Shown piece by piece: positions 25,778 to 35,927 of a DNA stretch of 64,000 nucleotides (the stretch's first letter is position 1; each line of letters begins with the position of its first letter). Origin of the DNA: an uncultured Candidatus Saccharibacteria bacterium (lineage in GTDB: Bacteria; Patescibacteriota; Minisyncoccia; 2-02-FULL-40-12; GWA2-44-9); the NCBI GenBank assembly GCA_964436165.1, contig CAYTBY010000001.1, positions 73,452-137,451 on the forward strand, given 5' to 3'. The position numbers were made by a program, and so were the translations under genes. The notes beneath the pieces are model-generated. The model was given only the letters and a program-made list of their open reading frames with translations, did not search any database and was not told the DNA's origin.

Positions 25778-27343
25778 TCAGGTTTTCTGGATCTGTCTTT
25801 GGGTGATATTCGTAAAATCTTCGGCAAAATCTTTCAGGAAGGGCGCCATGTTGGAAGTCTGGTCAAGGAGCAGCTGAGTTTTTAACTTATTTAGGACAGC
25901 GGCCCTGACATCATTTTTTGTAACTCCGGTTTTTGTTTTGTTTTTGCGGTCTCGTTTCATGGCATTGGATACGGCATCATCGGTCGTTCCGGCGATCATC
26001 GCTCCGTTGATAACATGGGACAGGTTGAATGTCAGTTTTTGTTCGTTGGCCCTGGTTACGTCGTATAGAACCCTATCAGCAGAATACATTTCTGAAGCGA
26101 TATGGTCGGCCATCTCATCAATGTTGCCTTCACCCGAAGCTATGGGCGTGTTTTTGAGATGAATTCTGGCAATTGACTTGCCGGCTTCTTGGTCTGGCCG
26201 GCCCACTTCGATGACGTGATTTATTCTTTTATCCCGGGTAACTGCTTCATCCAGTATTTCCGGTTTATTGGTGGCTAAGATTATAATTGAACGGGAACGG
26301 TTCATCTGGGTCAGAAATACTGTGACCAGGGGATCTGTGGCGTCTGAACTCTTGCCCGAGCCTCTTTTTCGGAAAATAGCGTCGGATTCATCAAAGGCAA
26401 TGATGGCCGGAAAGTTATACTTTTCGAAGTGTGATTCCCCGGCAAGGAATACCTGCTCGATAGTGTTTTCGGCAACGCCTACCAGGGGCTCAAGGATCTC
26501 GGCCCCATTGATGAGTAAAAATCCTCCGGCTGCTTTTTCTTGTCCATGTGTCCTGGCCATGGATGTGGCTGCGGCTTCTATAAGCATGGTCTTGCCGCAA
26601 CCCGGCGGGCCTATTAAAAGAAAGCCCTTTGGAACCTTCGCATTGTAATAAGCATGAAGATCTTTTTCGGTGTATGGAAGCTCAAAGGCTTCTCTTAGTT
26701 TCTCTTTAGCTTCTTCCTGGCCGCCGATGTCATCCCAGGTTATTTTAGCTTCCTGGCTGAAAAGGAATCGTTCTTCTGTTTTTCCGAGATTCAAAATAAT
26801 TATGCTGGCAGAGATATCAACGACTACCCTGTCGCCGGCCTCTATTTTACCGGCCATCATTCCGTTAAAGACAACCCGCCTCCCGTTGTTATAATTTATC
26901 TCGCTGGTCATTTCATCAATGACCCGGCGGACGGTTCCGACTTCACCATAAGGATAATTTTGCGCCGTATCGGTTATCTGCATTGTCTGGGATGAAATTT
27001 TAACTGTTGCTCCGGGCAGTATTTCTTTTTCTTTGGGCAAAAATACTTCAAGCAGGCGGCCGCCCTGGAGGATAATGGCAGTCGGGTCTTTCGGGTCGAG
27101 TTTGTTGACGGCGACGACGATCCCGAAAAGGAATGGCGGAGAAGAAAGTTTCCTTGCCTCTTCGACTTGTTTCTTGATGAGAAGTTTAATATTTCGCAGG
27201 TGATCTTTTAGCTCTTTGGGGTCATCGGTCTGGAGCATAGGATCCTCTTCCGGGGTTTTATACTCACCTCTTTTAACGAAATCAACGGCGTCTTTCCACT
27301 GACTCGGCAGAAGATCAGAGTCAAGAGAATCGAATAGGTCCAT
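25778..27343 (-). CDS. AAA+ ATPase (CDC48/PAN/ARC-like unfoldase architecture: N-domain plus single AAA module plus C-terminal extension)
   Basis: Walker A LLIGPPGCGKTM. Walker B IIAFDESD. Second region of homology present. No TM segment and no HExxH, so not FtsH. Confidence 0.7.
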   Translation of the reverse strand: MDLFDSLDSDLLPSQWKDAVDFVKRGEYKTPEEDPMLQTDDPKELKDHLRNIKLLIKKQVEEARKLSSPPFLFGIVVAVNKLDPKDPTAIILQGGRLLEVFLPKEKEILPGATVKISSQTMQITDTAQNYPYGEVGTVRRVIDEMTSEINYNNGRRVVFNGMMAGKIEAGDRVVVDISASIIILNLGKTEERFLFSQEAKITWDDIGGQEEAKEKLREAFELPYTEKDLHAYYNAKVPKGFLLIGPPGCGKTMLIEAAATSMARTHGQEKAAGGFLLINGAEILEPLVGVAENTIEQVFLAGESHFEKYNFPAIIAFDESDAIFRKRGSGKSSDATDPLVTVFLTQMNRSRSIIILATNKPEILDEAVTRDKRINHVIEVGRPDQEAGKSIARIHLKNTPIASGEGNIDEMADHIASEMYSADRVLYDVTRANEQKLTFNLSHVINGAMIAGTTDDAVSNAMKRDRKNKTKTGVTKNDVRAAVLNKLKTQLLLDQTSNMAPFLKDFAEDFTNITQRQIQKT

Positions 27344-27506
27344 GTTCCATCTCTCTCTGCAATGTTAAGGTTCTGATAAGTTATGCTAATATAATACATT
27401 TCTTGAATATTGTCAAAGAAATTCTTACCTTGTTTATTTTCTCATGGTGTTTGCTTTTTATTATTCAATATGTTTTAATTCTCAAAGTGATTTTGTTTAA
27501 TCAGCT

Positions 27507-28880
27507 GTGTCTAAGAATACTTACTTCCTAATAGCCATTCTCGTCGGATCTGTTTTTTTGTTTGCCTTTGTTTGGCCGGAGGCGGTCAATAAGGGCATTG
27601 ATTGGACTAACAAGCAATCGGAAAGCGTAGGCGGATTTAAGTTGCCTAAAGTTCCGGAAAAGGATTTCCAGCTGGGCCTCGACCTTCTGGGCGGAGTTCA
27701 TTTATTGTACGAGGCTGATCTGTCGAAAATTGAGGCATCGGGCAGGAATGATGCGATGCAGGGCATCCGGGATGTTATTGAACGGAGGGTTAATTTCTTT
27801 GGCGTTTCTGAACCATTAGTTCAGGTTTCGGGTGATAACCGCCTTATTGTTGAGTTAGCCGGCATAAGCGATGTTAATCAGGCGATTAAGATGATAGGCG
27901 AGACCCCGTTTCTTGAATTTAAAGAAGAGGCGCCGAATGCTCAGGAGCTGGTTGATGAATTTAAGGAAAAGCAATCGGCCGGCCAAACAAGCGAACTTGA
28001 CGGTTTTCTTCTGAATGAGCAACTATATGTTTCAACGGGGTTAAATGGCAAGCATTTAGAGCGGGCTCAGGTAGTCTTCGATCCTCAAACTAGCCAGCCC
28101 CAGGTCAGCTTAAAATTGAACGAAGAAGGGGCTCAACTTTTCGGAGAAATCACCACTCGAAATCTTGGTAAGACGGTGGCTATTTATTTGGACGGTTTAG
28201 CCATAAGTACGCCGGTTGTTCAAAGCGCGATTACTGATGGCAACGCGGTTATTACCGGCAAATTTACGCCTCAAGAATCAAAACTTCTGGCCAATCGGTT
28301 AAATTCCGGAGCTTTGCCGGTGCCTATTAAAATAATATCTCAGCAGACAGTCGGGGCTTCTTTAGGTAGCGAGTCATTGGCTAAAAGTCTAAGGGCCGGG
28401 ATTTACGGACTTATTTTTGTCGGGCTTTTCATGATAGCTTTCTATCGTTTGCCGGGATTATTCTCTGTTCTAGCCCTGTTTGTTTATGTTTTAATTGTTT
28501 TATCTATCTACAAACTACTTCCAGTTACTCTTACTCTGGCCGGTATTGCTGGTTTTATCTTGTCCCTAGGTATCGCCGTGGATGCTAATATTTTAATATT
28601 CGCCAGAATGAAGGAAGAGCTATCGGCTGGAAAAACTCTGGCTTCATCAATGAGGGAAGGATTCTCGCGGGCTTGGCTTTCTATTCGGGACAGCCATGTT
28701 ACCACTCTTCTTGGAGCAGGAGTGCTTTACATCTTTACGACCTCGATTGTAAAAGGTTTTGCTTTGACTCTCAGCATCGGCGTTCTGATCAGTCTGTTCA
28801 CGGCTATTATGGTCACCAGATCCTTCTTATTATTATGTACTAGCACTTGGTTCGAGTCTAAAAAGTGGCTGTTCAGATAA
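27507..28880 (+). CDS. secD: Protein translocase subunit SecD
   Basis: GTG start. N-terminal TM, large periplasmic domain, then C-terminal 5-TM bundle (…GIAVDANILIFARMKEE…). Confidence 0.85.
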   Translation: MSKNTYFLIAILVGSVFLFAFVWPEAVNKGIDWTNKQSESVGGFKLPKVPEKDFQLGLDLLGGVHLLYEADLSKIEASGRNDAMQGIRDVIERRVNFFGVSEPLVQVSGDNRLIVELAGISDVNQAIKMIGETPFLEFKEEAPNAQELVDEFKEKQSAGQTSELDGFLLNEQLYVSTGLNGKHLERAQVVFDPQTSQPQVSLKLNEEGAQLFGEITTRNLGKTVAIYLDGLAISTPVVQSAITDGNAVITGKFTPQESKLLANRLNSGALPVPIKIISQQTVGASLGSESLAKSLRAGIYGLIFVGLFMIAFYRLPGLFSVLALFVYVLIVLSIYKLLPVTLTLAGIAGFILSLGIAVDANILIFARMKEELSAGKTLASSMREGFSRAWLSIRDSHVTTLLGAGVLYIFTTSIVKGFALTLSIGVLISLFTAIMVTRSFLLLCTSTWFESKKWLFR

Positions 28881-28882
28881 TT

Positions 28883-29782
28883 ATGTCAAAAATTTACACA
28901 ATTATGTTTTTTGTTTCGATGGGTCTAACTCTAGGAGCAATTGTTTTGTTTTTAATTTTCGGTTTAAACTTTGGAGTTGATTTTCGGGGCGGCAGTATTG
29001 TGGAATTAGAGTTTTCGAATGAGAAACCGCCGGTTGCTGATGTCCAGGCATATTTAGAAAAAGGTTTATCACTCCACGACTTTAGCTTTAACGAAGTCGG
29101 AGAAATGGGATTGGTGATCAGGTCCGGTAATTTATCCGAAGAAGACCATCAGCAGTTACTAAATATTTTGAAAGAAAAATATTCTGACCAGACGATTGAG
29201 GAAAAGCGGTTTGATTCGGTCGGGCCGATTGTTGGCCAAGAACTTAAAGACATGAGCGTCCGGGGTATAATCATAGCCCTCTTGGTTATAATAATGTATA
29301 TCGCTTATGTTTTCAGGAAGATGTCAGTTGTTTTGTCTTCTTGGGCCATGAGCGTTTCGGCCATGGTTGCTCTTGCCCATGATATTATTATTCCGATTGG
29401 AGTTTTTTCTTGGCTGGGCTATTTTTATAATGTTGAAATAAGCGCCGTCTTCGTGGCTGCCTTATTGACAATCTTGGGTTATTCTGTTTCAGATACAGTA
29501 GTCATATTTGACAGGGTTAGGGAAAATGTTATAAGAAATAGATTGAGGGAGGATTTTGGCAAGGTTGTCCACAAGAGTATTTTTCAAACTCTCACCCGAT
29601 CCCTGAATACGACCTTTACTACCCTCCTGTCATTGATTGCTATTTATCTGTTCGGGGGAGAGAGTCTGAGATATTTTGCCCTGGCTTTGATAATCGGTAT
29701 TTTCTTGGGAGCCTATTCTTCGATATTTGTCGCTTCGCCATTGCTGGTTTGGTGGTCGGGATGGACAAAAAAGAATAGGTAG
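28883..29782 (+). CDS. secF: Protein translocase subunit SecF
   Basis: DFRGGSIVELEF, …VIFDRVREN…; immediately follows secD. An in-frame upstream ATG at 28865 overlaps the secD stop. Confidence 0.85.
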   Translation: MSKIYTIMFFVSMGLTLGAIVLFLIFGLNFGVDFRGGSIVELEFSNEKPPVADVQAYLEKGLSLHDFSFNEVGEMGLVIRSGNLSEEDHQQLLNILKEKYSDQTIEEKRFDSVGPIVGQELKDMSVRGIIIALLVIIMYIAYVFRKMSVVLSSWAMSVSAMVALAHDIIIPIGVFSWLGYFYNVEISAVFVAALLTILGYSVSDTVVIFDRVRENVIRNRLREDFGKVVHKSIFQTLTRSLNTTFTTLLSLIAIYLFGGESLRYFALALIIGIFLGAYSSIFVASPLLVWWSGWTKKNR

Positions 29783-29812
29783 ATTATAATAATTAGGTAT
29801 TATCTAACGGGA

Positions 29813-30961
29813 TTGACTTCTATAACTAATAATGCTATTGTATGTGGAGGTACAATAGACTATCATAGGGTCATGTCAAATCAAGCAGTAATAACCAAAA
29901 CGGTCGCTTCTTTGGTAAAAAATATATCAACTCGCAACAAGGATATTATATCCAGGCGTTTTGGTTTGAAAACAGGCAAAAAGGAGACTCTGGAGTCGAT
30001 AGGCAAGAGCTATGGAATTACCAGGGAAAGAGTAAGGCAGATAGAGGAATTTTCCATTAACCAGTTGTCTAAGGTTGTTGCTTCGACTCCCGATGTTTCA
30101 AAATACGTTTCTTTGGCCAAGGAAATACTAGGCGGTAACGGGGGGGTGATGAGGGAGGCTGAGTTATTTAAAGCATTTAGCGGAAACGATAAGGAGAGTG
30201 TTGTAAATGCCTCGCTTGTTTTTATTCTTTCTCTGGCCGGCGAGCCTGCCTCGCCGACTCGCCTCGCCGAAGCCTCCGGCGTAGCGCGGGCAGGCGGGCC
30301 GGTAAGATTCGGTGAAAACGAGTCATACTATTCCTTCTGGGGTTTAAATAGGGAAAGTGCCGATATGTTTAAAAATGGGATTTCTGCCCTGGTCAGTTCA
30401 TTTGCAAAAAACGGAAGCCCGGTGGCTTATACCGACTTGGTTTCTTTTGCCCAGGCTAACAGCATCTCAAATTCTAAAGACGTTGTGGTTTATTTGAATT
30501 TGAGCAAGGAGCTTGGAAGAAATGTTTTTGGCCAAATTGGTTTAGCCAGTTGGGCCGAAGTAAAACCAAAAGGAGTCAGAGATAAAGCCTATTTGGTTTT
30601 GAAGAAAGAGAAAAATCCAAAACACTTTACCGAGATTGCCAAACTTATAAACTCAACCGGTTTTTCTGATAAGAGAGCTAATGTTCAGACTGTTCATAAC
30701 GAACTGATTAAGGATAAAAGATTCGTTTTAGTCGGCCGTGGAATGTATGGGTTATCGGAATGGGGTTATCAGCCGGGTACGGTCAAAGAAGTGTTGGTCA
30801 GCGTTCTCAAGAACCATGGCAAGCCCTTAGCCAAGGCCGAACTTGTGGCCAAGGTTTTGGATACCCGAATGGTCAAAGAAAACACAATATTATTAAATCT
30901 TCAGGATTCTAAAGTTTTTTCAAAACGGGAAGACGGAACTTACGTCTTAAAAAAGGCGTAA
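29813..30961 (+). CDS. Putative transcription factor: sigma-70 region-4-like HTH near the N-terminus plus C-terminal HARE-HTH-like domain
   Basis: TLESIGKSYGITRERVRQIEE is a sigma-70 region 4.2-type motif. C-terminal WGYQPGTVKEVLVSVLKNHGKPLAKAELVAKVL…FSKREDGTYVLKK is a HARE-HTH-like pattern. The probable start is ATG 29873. Confidence 0.45.
   Translation: MTSITNNAIVCGGTIDYHRVMSNQAVITKTVASLVKNISTRNKDIISRRFGLKTGKKETLESIGKSYGITRERVRQIEEFSINQLSKVVASTPDVSKYVSLAKEILGGNGGVMREAELFKAFSGNDKESVVNASLVFILSLAGEPASPTRLAEASGVARAGGPVRFGENESYYSFWGLNRESADMFKNGISALVSSFAKNGSPVAYTDLVSFAQANSISNSKDVVVYLNLSKELGRNVFGQIGLASWAEVKPKGVRDKAYLVLKKEKNPKHFTEIAKLINSTGFSDKRANVQTVHNELIKDKRFVLVGRGMYGLSEWGYQPGTVKEVLVSVLKNHGKPLAKAELVAKVLDTRMVKENTILLNLQDSKVFSKREDGTYVLKKA
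30233..30305 (+). repeat. GC-rich palindromic element inserted in frame in the 29813 gene (encodes LAGEPASPTRLAEASGVARAGGPV)
   Basis: ggccggcgagcctgcc…cgccgaagcctccggcg…ggcaggcgggccgg has nested inverted repeats. About 75% GC inside an approximately 38% GC gene. Confidence 0.5.
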
Positions 30962-31061
30962 AGATAATGCAAATCAACGAATGACATGCGAATGCTACAA
31001 ATAAACATTCGCGGTATTCGCATATATTTGTAGATTAGCATTATGTAATGAGCTTCAGCGA

Positions 31062-32315
31062 ATGACTTCTTTTCTTTTAATACTAAATACTTTTAAGACG
31101 GTCTTTGTCCTCCTTATCTCCATTTGGTGGCTTTACTTACCTGTCTTTTTATTTTTACTATCCTATCTCGCCGTTAAAAACTATACTAATCTCAAATACC
31201 GCCTCTCTCTTGAGTGGACACTTCTTGAAATAAAAGTTCCAAAAGAAAATCGAAAAAGCCCCAAGGCGATGGAGCAGATTTTTGCCGGTTTACATGGCGT
31301 TTATACTATTAAAAAAAAGTGGCATAAGATATTTTTTAAGGGCGAGATGCTGGCTTGGTTCTCTTTTGAAATAGTTGGCAAGGGTGGTGAGACCCACTTT
31401 TATGTAAGAACTCAAACTGAATACAAGAATGTGGTAGAAGCCCAGATATATGCCCAGTATCCGGAGGCAGAAGTCGTTGAGTCGGTTGACTACATTAATG
31501 ATCTGCCCCTCTATTTGCCTGATGATAAATATGACCTGTGGGGAACTGAGCTAATTTTAAACAAGGAGGATGCCTATCCAATAAGAACTTATCCTGAATT
31601 TGAAGAAAAAGGAACCGGTCCGGAAGATGCAAAAAGAGTAGATCCAATGGCATCTATATCTGAGCTTTGCAGTACTCTTCACGCCGGTGAGCAGATCTGG
31701 CTTCAAATAATAGGTACTCCGATAGGAGATGATTGGATAAAGAAAGGCCAGGCCGTACTTGATAAGCTTATGGGTAAGGAAGCGGTCAAAAGCGGAAACT
31801 TTCTTTCTGATATGGTTTTTGCCATAGATAAGGCAATTAGCGGAATCGGCAGTGTTCCGGTTGATAAAAAAGAAGAAAGGAAAGAGAGAGTTAACTTAAG
31901 TCCAGGCAAAGAGGATATAATGAAGGCCATGGAAAAAAGCTGGGATAAGCTTGGGTATCAAACCGGCATCAGGTATTTATATATCGGACCTAAAGATAAT
32001 TTCCATCAATCCCACGTCGCCGGTATTAACGGTGCTTTTCGGCAGTTCTCTTCCCAAAATTTAAATGGTTTCAAATCGAATAAATACACCATAACTCACG
32101 CTAGAGGCTTATTTAAAAATTCAAAACTTTTAACGAGAAAGAAGGCCATTTATCAGGCATTTAGGGAGAGGCAGGTCATGCTTTTTAAATATGTGCTTAA
32201 TACTGAAGAATTAGCTACTATTTACCACTTACCGGATATTGGAGTCAGGGCGCCGTTATTGCCTAGAGTTGAGGCCAAGAGAGGTGAACCCCCGGTAGGA
32301 TTGCCAATTACATGA
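31062..32315 (+). CDS. Membrane protein (N-terminal 2 TM plus large soluble domain), partner of the downstream ATPase
   Basis: ORF overlaps the next gene by ATGA (32312). Hydrophobic N-terminus FVLLISIWWLYLPVFLFLLSYLAV. Confidence 0.45.
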   Translation: MTSFLLILNTFKTVFVLLISIWWLYLPVFLFLLSYLAVKNYTNLKYRLSLEWTLLEIKVPKENRKSPKAMEQIFAGLHGVYTIKKKWHKIFFKGEMLAWFSFEIVGKGGETHFYVRTQTEYKNVVEAQIYAQYPEAEVVESVDYINDLPLYLPDDKYDLWGTELILNKEDAYPIRTYPEFEEKGTGPEDAKRVDPMASISELCSTLHAGEQIWLQIIGTPIGDDWIKKGQAVLDKLMGKEAVKSGNFLSDMVFAIDKAISGIGSVPVDKKEERKERVNLSPGKEDIMKAMEKSWDKLGYQTGIRYLYIGPKDNFHQSHVAGINGAFRQFSSQNLNGFKSNKYTITHARGLFKNSKLLTRKKAIYQAFRERQVMLFKYVLNTEELATIYHLPDIGVRAPLLPRVEAKRGEPPVGLPIT

Positions 32316-34093
32316 TTAAAAAAGATAAAGATATTGTTGTTATCGGTGAGACGAATTTTCGCAATCAGCGTTGGCGATTTGGCATAAAAGAAGATGACCG
32401 TCGGCGCCATATGTATGTGGTTGGTTCAACGGGAATGGGCAAGACAGAATTCTTGAAGAATATGGCCATTCAGGACATTGAAGCCGGCCGGGGCCTTGCC
32501 TTTATTGACCCTCACGGCGATTCAGCCGATGCCCTTCTTGACTATATTCCAAAAGAAAGAATAAAAGATGTCATTTATTTGGATCCTGGCGATCTGTCTT
32601 TTCCGATTGCTTTCAATGTGATGGAAAAAGTTGATTTTGAGTTCAGGCATTTGGTTGCTTCCGGCTTGCTTGGTGTATTTAAGAAAATATTCGGCATTGA
32701 GGTTTGGTCGGGAAGGATGGAATATATTTTAAATAATACTATCTTGGCCTTGCTAGAATATCCAGATGCGACTCTACTCGGCATAAATAAGTTATTGTCC
32801 AATAAGGAGTATAGGAGAAAGGTGGTTGATAATGTAAAAGACCCGATAGTAAAGTCATTTTGGGTTGATGAGTTTGCAAAATATACAGAAAGATTTGCCG
32901 CCGAAGCGACGCCGGCTATTCAGAATAAGATCGGTCAGTTTATTTCTAACAATCTTATTCGCAATATCATCGGCCAAGTCCATTCGACTATTGATATCAG
33001 AAAGATAATGGATGAGGGCAAAATTTTAATAGTCAATATTTCCCGCGGTAAAATAGGGGAGGACGCTTCGCGTTTGCTTGGTGCTCTTTTAGTAACCAAG
33101 ATTCAGCTTGCCGCCATGTCGCGGGTTGATATTCCGGAGAACCAGAGAACGGACTTCTATCTGTATGTAGATGAGTTTCAGCACTTTGCCACAGAGTCAT
33201 TTGCTAACATTTTATCAGAAGCCAGGAAATACCATTTAAGTTTAATTATGGCTCATCAATATATAAAGCAGATGGAAGAACATGTGATGGATGCGGTTTT
33301 TGGCAATGTTGGTACGATTGTATCTTTTAGGGTTGGTGCGGAGGATGGCGAATTTTTGGAAAAATGGTTTCAGCCTGATTTCATGATGAATGATATTGTC
33401 AATCTTGGTAAATATAATATTTACATAAAGTTAATGATAGACGGCGTTTCTTCAAGAGGTTTTTCGGCGGCGACTATCCCGCCCCTTCCCGAGCTTGAAA
33501 AGTCGAATCGGGAAGAAGTGGTTGACTATTCAAGAAAAACATATGCTACCTCAAGAGAAATTGTTGAGAAAAGTATTGCCGAATGGGCGGGAATGGATGG
33601 TGAGGAGCATAAAAAAGAAGGCTACAGCGGACCAAGGCCGGACTCAAGACCTAGACAGCCATATGCGACATTTGAAAGACGGGGGGAACCGTCACAATTT
33701 CAAAATCAGCGTCCACAGCAGTCATTTAATCGGCCACCAGCTCCTCTCCCTAGTCAACTCATTAGGCCACAACCAGGGTCAGTTCAACCGCAAACCATAC
33801 CTCAGATACAACCTCAACCAGTGCAACCCAAGTTTGAACAGAAACCGCAGGTCCAGTTACAGTCTAAATCGGAACCAGCCCAATCACAACGACTGAGCGA
33901 AGAGCGAGGGAGTACTGAGCATAGAAATGCGAATGTACCCTCATCCGGGCTACCTTTAAATGAAGCCCTTAAAACCGGTCCGGTTAATTTTCGTGGCAGG
34001 AGGATAGAAGATAAAAGAGAAAAACCAAAAATTGAAGTTGATACAGATGCTCTCAAGAAGATCTTGGATGAGGCGATGGGAAAAAAGGAATAG
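32312..34093 (+). CDS. TraD/VirD4-like (type IV coupling protein / FtsK-HerA superfamily) ATPase with C-terminal P/Q-rich low-complexity tail
   Basis: Walker A VVGSTGMGKT. FIDPHGD, a DPxGD-type motif of TrwB/TraD-like proteins. Walker B LYVDEFQHF. …MAHQYIKQM. Confidence 0.55.
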   Translation: MIKKDKDIVVIGETNFRNQRWRFGIKEDDRRRHMYVVGSTGMGKTEFLKNMAIQDIEAGRGLAFIDPHGDSADALLDYIPKERIKDVIYLDPGDLSFPIAFNVMEKVDFEFRHLVASGLLGVFKKIFGIEVWSGRMEYILNNTILALLEYPDATLLGINKLLSNKEYRRKVVDNVKDPIVKSFWVDEFAKYTERFAAEATPAIQNKIGQFISNNLIRNIIGQVHSTIDIRKIMDEGKILIVNISRGKIGEDASRLLGALLVTKIQLAAMSRVDIPENQRTDFYLYVDEFQHFATESFANILSEARKYHLSLIMAHQYIKQMEEHVMDAVFGNVGTIVSFRVGAEDGEFLEKWFQPDFMMNDIVNLGKYNIYIKLMIDGVSSRGFSAATIPPLPELEKSNREEVVDYSRKTYATSREIVEKSIAEWAGMDGEEHKKEGYSGPRPDSRPRQPYATFERRGEPSQFQNQRPQQSFNRPPAPLPSQLIRPQPGSVQPQTIPQIQPQPVQPKFEQKPQVQLQSKSEPAQSQRLSEERGSTEHRNANVPSSGLPLNEALKTGPVNFRGRRIEDKREKPKIEVDTDALKKILDEAMGKKE

Positions 34094-34180
34094 GTTTTTT
34101 ACTTTAGCCTCAACTGTGGATTTGTTTTTGTATCTGCCTGTGCTATTTTTATCTTAGCACATTTCGTAGAGGAGGAATAA

Positions 34181-34525
34181 ATGGAAGACCAGAAGGCACT
34201 TAAGGCGGTGGGTATTTATGAGCAGTATTTTATAACTCATGATATTCCGAATATAAAACATCCTCATAATGAATTTTTTCGTAATGTGAATGAGGCATTG
34301 GCTCATTGTCACAGCATGATAAAGGGGATAAAAGACTTTCTTTCCATTGATGGTATGGAAAAAAGAGCCGCACAACGCATTGGTTTTATTGAGGGATGTC
34401 TTGCTACTGCTGGCAAGGTTACAGTAGAGACGTTGAAGGCGTATAATCGTCCCGAAGAAGGCACAATTAGCGAGATAACCCACGAGCCATTAACCTACGA
34501 AGATTTACATGATTGGGAATATTAG
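34181..34525 (+). CDS. Hypothetical protein (114 aa)
   Basis: Strong RBS gaggagg 7 nt upstream of the ATG. No recognisable motifs. Confidence 0.4.
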   Translation: MEDQKALKAVGIYEQYFITHDIPNIKHPHNEFFRNVNEALAHCHSMIKGIKDFLSIDGMEKRAAQRIGFIEGCLATAGKVTVETLKAYNRPEEGTISEITHEPLTYEDLHDWEY

Positions 34526-34661
34526 TCTCTCGTACTACAGCTCTTGCAAAATGCAGGGGCTTTTCTTTTATGTTTTAAAAATGTATTATTTTAGTATCAA
34601 CTTTTTAATTTTGAATTATAATTTTGCATTTTGATTTTTTAATTTTAAATTTATTAAAACC

Positions 34662-35927
34662 ATGCCCTCCAAATTCTATAAAAAATATATCCGTATTCCC
34701 CCCAGTGAATCAATAGATATTCGGGATATAATGCCTATCATCCACCATCCGCTTTTTCAGCGTTTGCTTCATATCTCTCAATTAGGCACAACATTGAATG
34801 TTTTTCCGGGAGCGACTCATAACCGTTTTGAACATGCTCTAGGCGTTTACGGTAAAACAAAAAGATTTTCGAAGAGAATGGTTGAGGACGGTTTTTTGAC
34901 ATCATATGAGGCCAAGAATGTGTCTCTTTTTGGCCTGCTTCATGACGTTGGCCATGGACCCTTTTCCCATGTTATGGAAGAATTAACGCCTCTTAGCGGC
35001 AACGAAGACGAGAACGGCCTGGTCGTTTTAAAGTTATTAAAAAAGGAGATAAAAAAAGCCGGCGGTGATTACGAATTTATTAAAAAGATCTCTTCCCACA
35101 AAAATCATCTTTATCGGATAGTAATGGATAAGAATGTCGGGATGGACAAGCTTGATTACCTGGAACGCGATGTTTATCATACCGGATTTGGCCAGAGACC
35201 GGATATCGAAAGTTTATTCAATTATCTCGTTTACTTAAAGGGCCATTTGGTTATTGACAAAAAATCTCTTGAAGCGGCCAAGCAGATGCAGAAACTGTAT
35301 CTCTATATGTATAAAGAGGTGTATCTTCATAAATCAGCGCTCATCAGCCAGAGGTTTCTCCAGAAAATGGTATCTATGCTTGCCCGCTTAATTAAGCTTG
35401 ATCTGGCTCAGCTTTGGCGTCTTAACGATAAAGAACTGATCGCCCTTATCTATACCAACCCCGATAAAAATCTGAAACTTCTCTACGATTGTTATAAAAA
35501 CAGGGCATTTCCCAGTACGGGAGTGGTGATACGACTCAAGAGCAGAGAGTTTAAAGAGAGAATTGCCGGCAAGAAAATAAAGGTTATCGGAGAGAACAAA
35601 GCGTTTTTTCAAAAGTTTATGAAGCATACTTCCCCGGAAGATCTTGAGAATCTTGAATCGAAAGTCGCAAAACTTATAAATGTTTCCTCTCACAAAGTGG
35701 TTATTGTTCCGACCCTAACTCCGTGGCGTTTTGTTCCGGAGGATATTTTATACCACGATGACGGCCGGATACTTTCGCTTAAAGACACTCAAAGAGAGTA
35801 TTTTGATGCTCTTCGATCTGAGATGAGTGACTATTTGGCTATTCGGGTTTGCATCGTCGGTGATAGGGGAGTATTATATAAAAATTCTTTGAAAATATAT
35901 AATCTTATCAAGAAGGAGACGCAATGA
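34662..35927 (+). CDS. HD-domain dNTP triphosphohydrolase (dGTPase/SAMHD1-like)
   Basis: RFEHALGVYGKT…LLHDVGHGPFSHVME; the H…HD…D metal-binding pattern of the dGTPase family. Confidence 0.65.
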   Translation: MPSKFYKKYIRIPPSESIDIRDIMPIIHHPLFQRLLHISQLGTTLNVFPGATHNRFEHALGVYGKTKRFSKRMVEDGFLTSYEAKNVSLFGLLHDVGHGPFSHVMEELTPLSGNEDENGLVVLKLLKKEIKKAGGDYEFIKKISSHKNHLYRIVMDKNVGMDKLDYLERDVYHTGFGQRPDIESLFNYLVYLKGHLVIDKKSLEAAKQMQKLYLYMYKEVYLHKSALISQRFLQKMVSMLARLIKLDLAQLWRLNDKELIALIYTNPDKNLKLLYDCYKNRAFPSTGVVIRLKSREFKERIAGKKIKVIGENKAFFQKFMKHTSPEDLENLESKVAKLINVSSHKVVIVPTLTPWRFVPEDILYHDDGRILSLKDTQREYFDALRSEMSDYLAIRVCIVGDRGVLYKNSLKIYNLIKKETQ

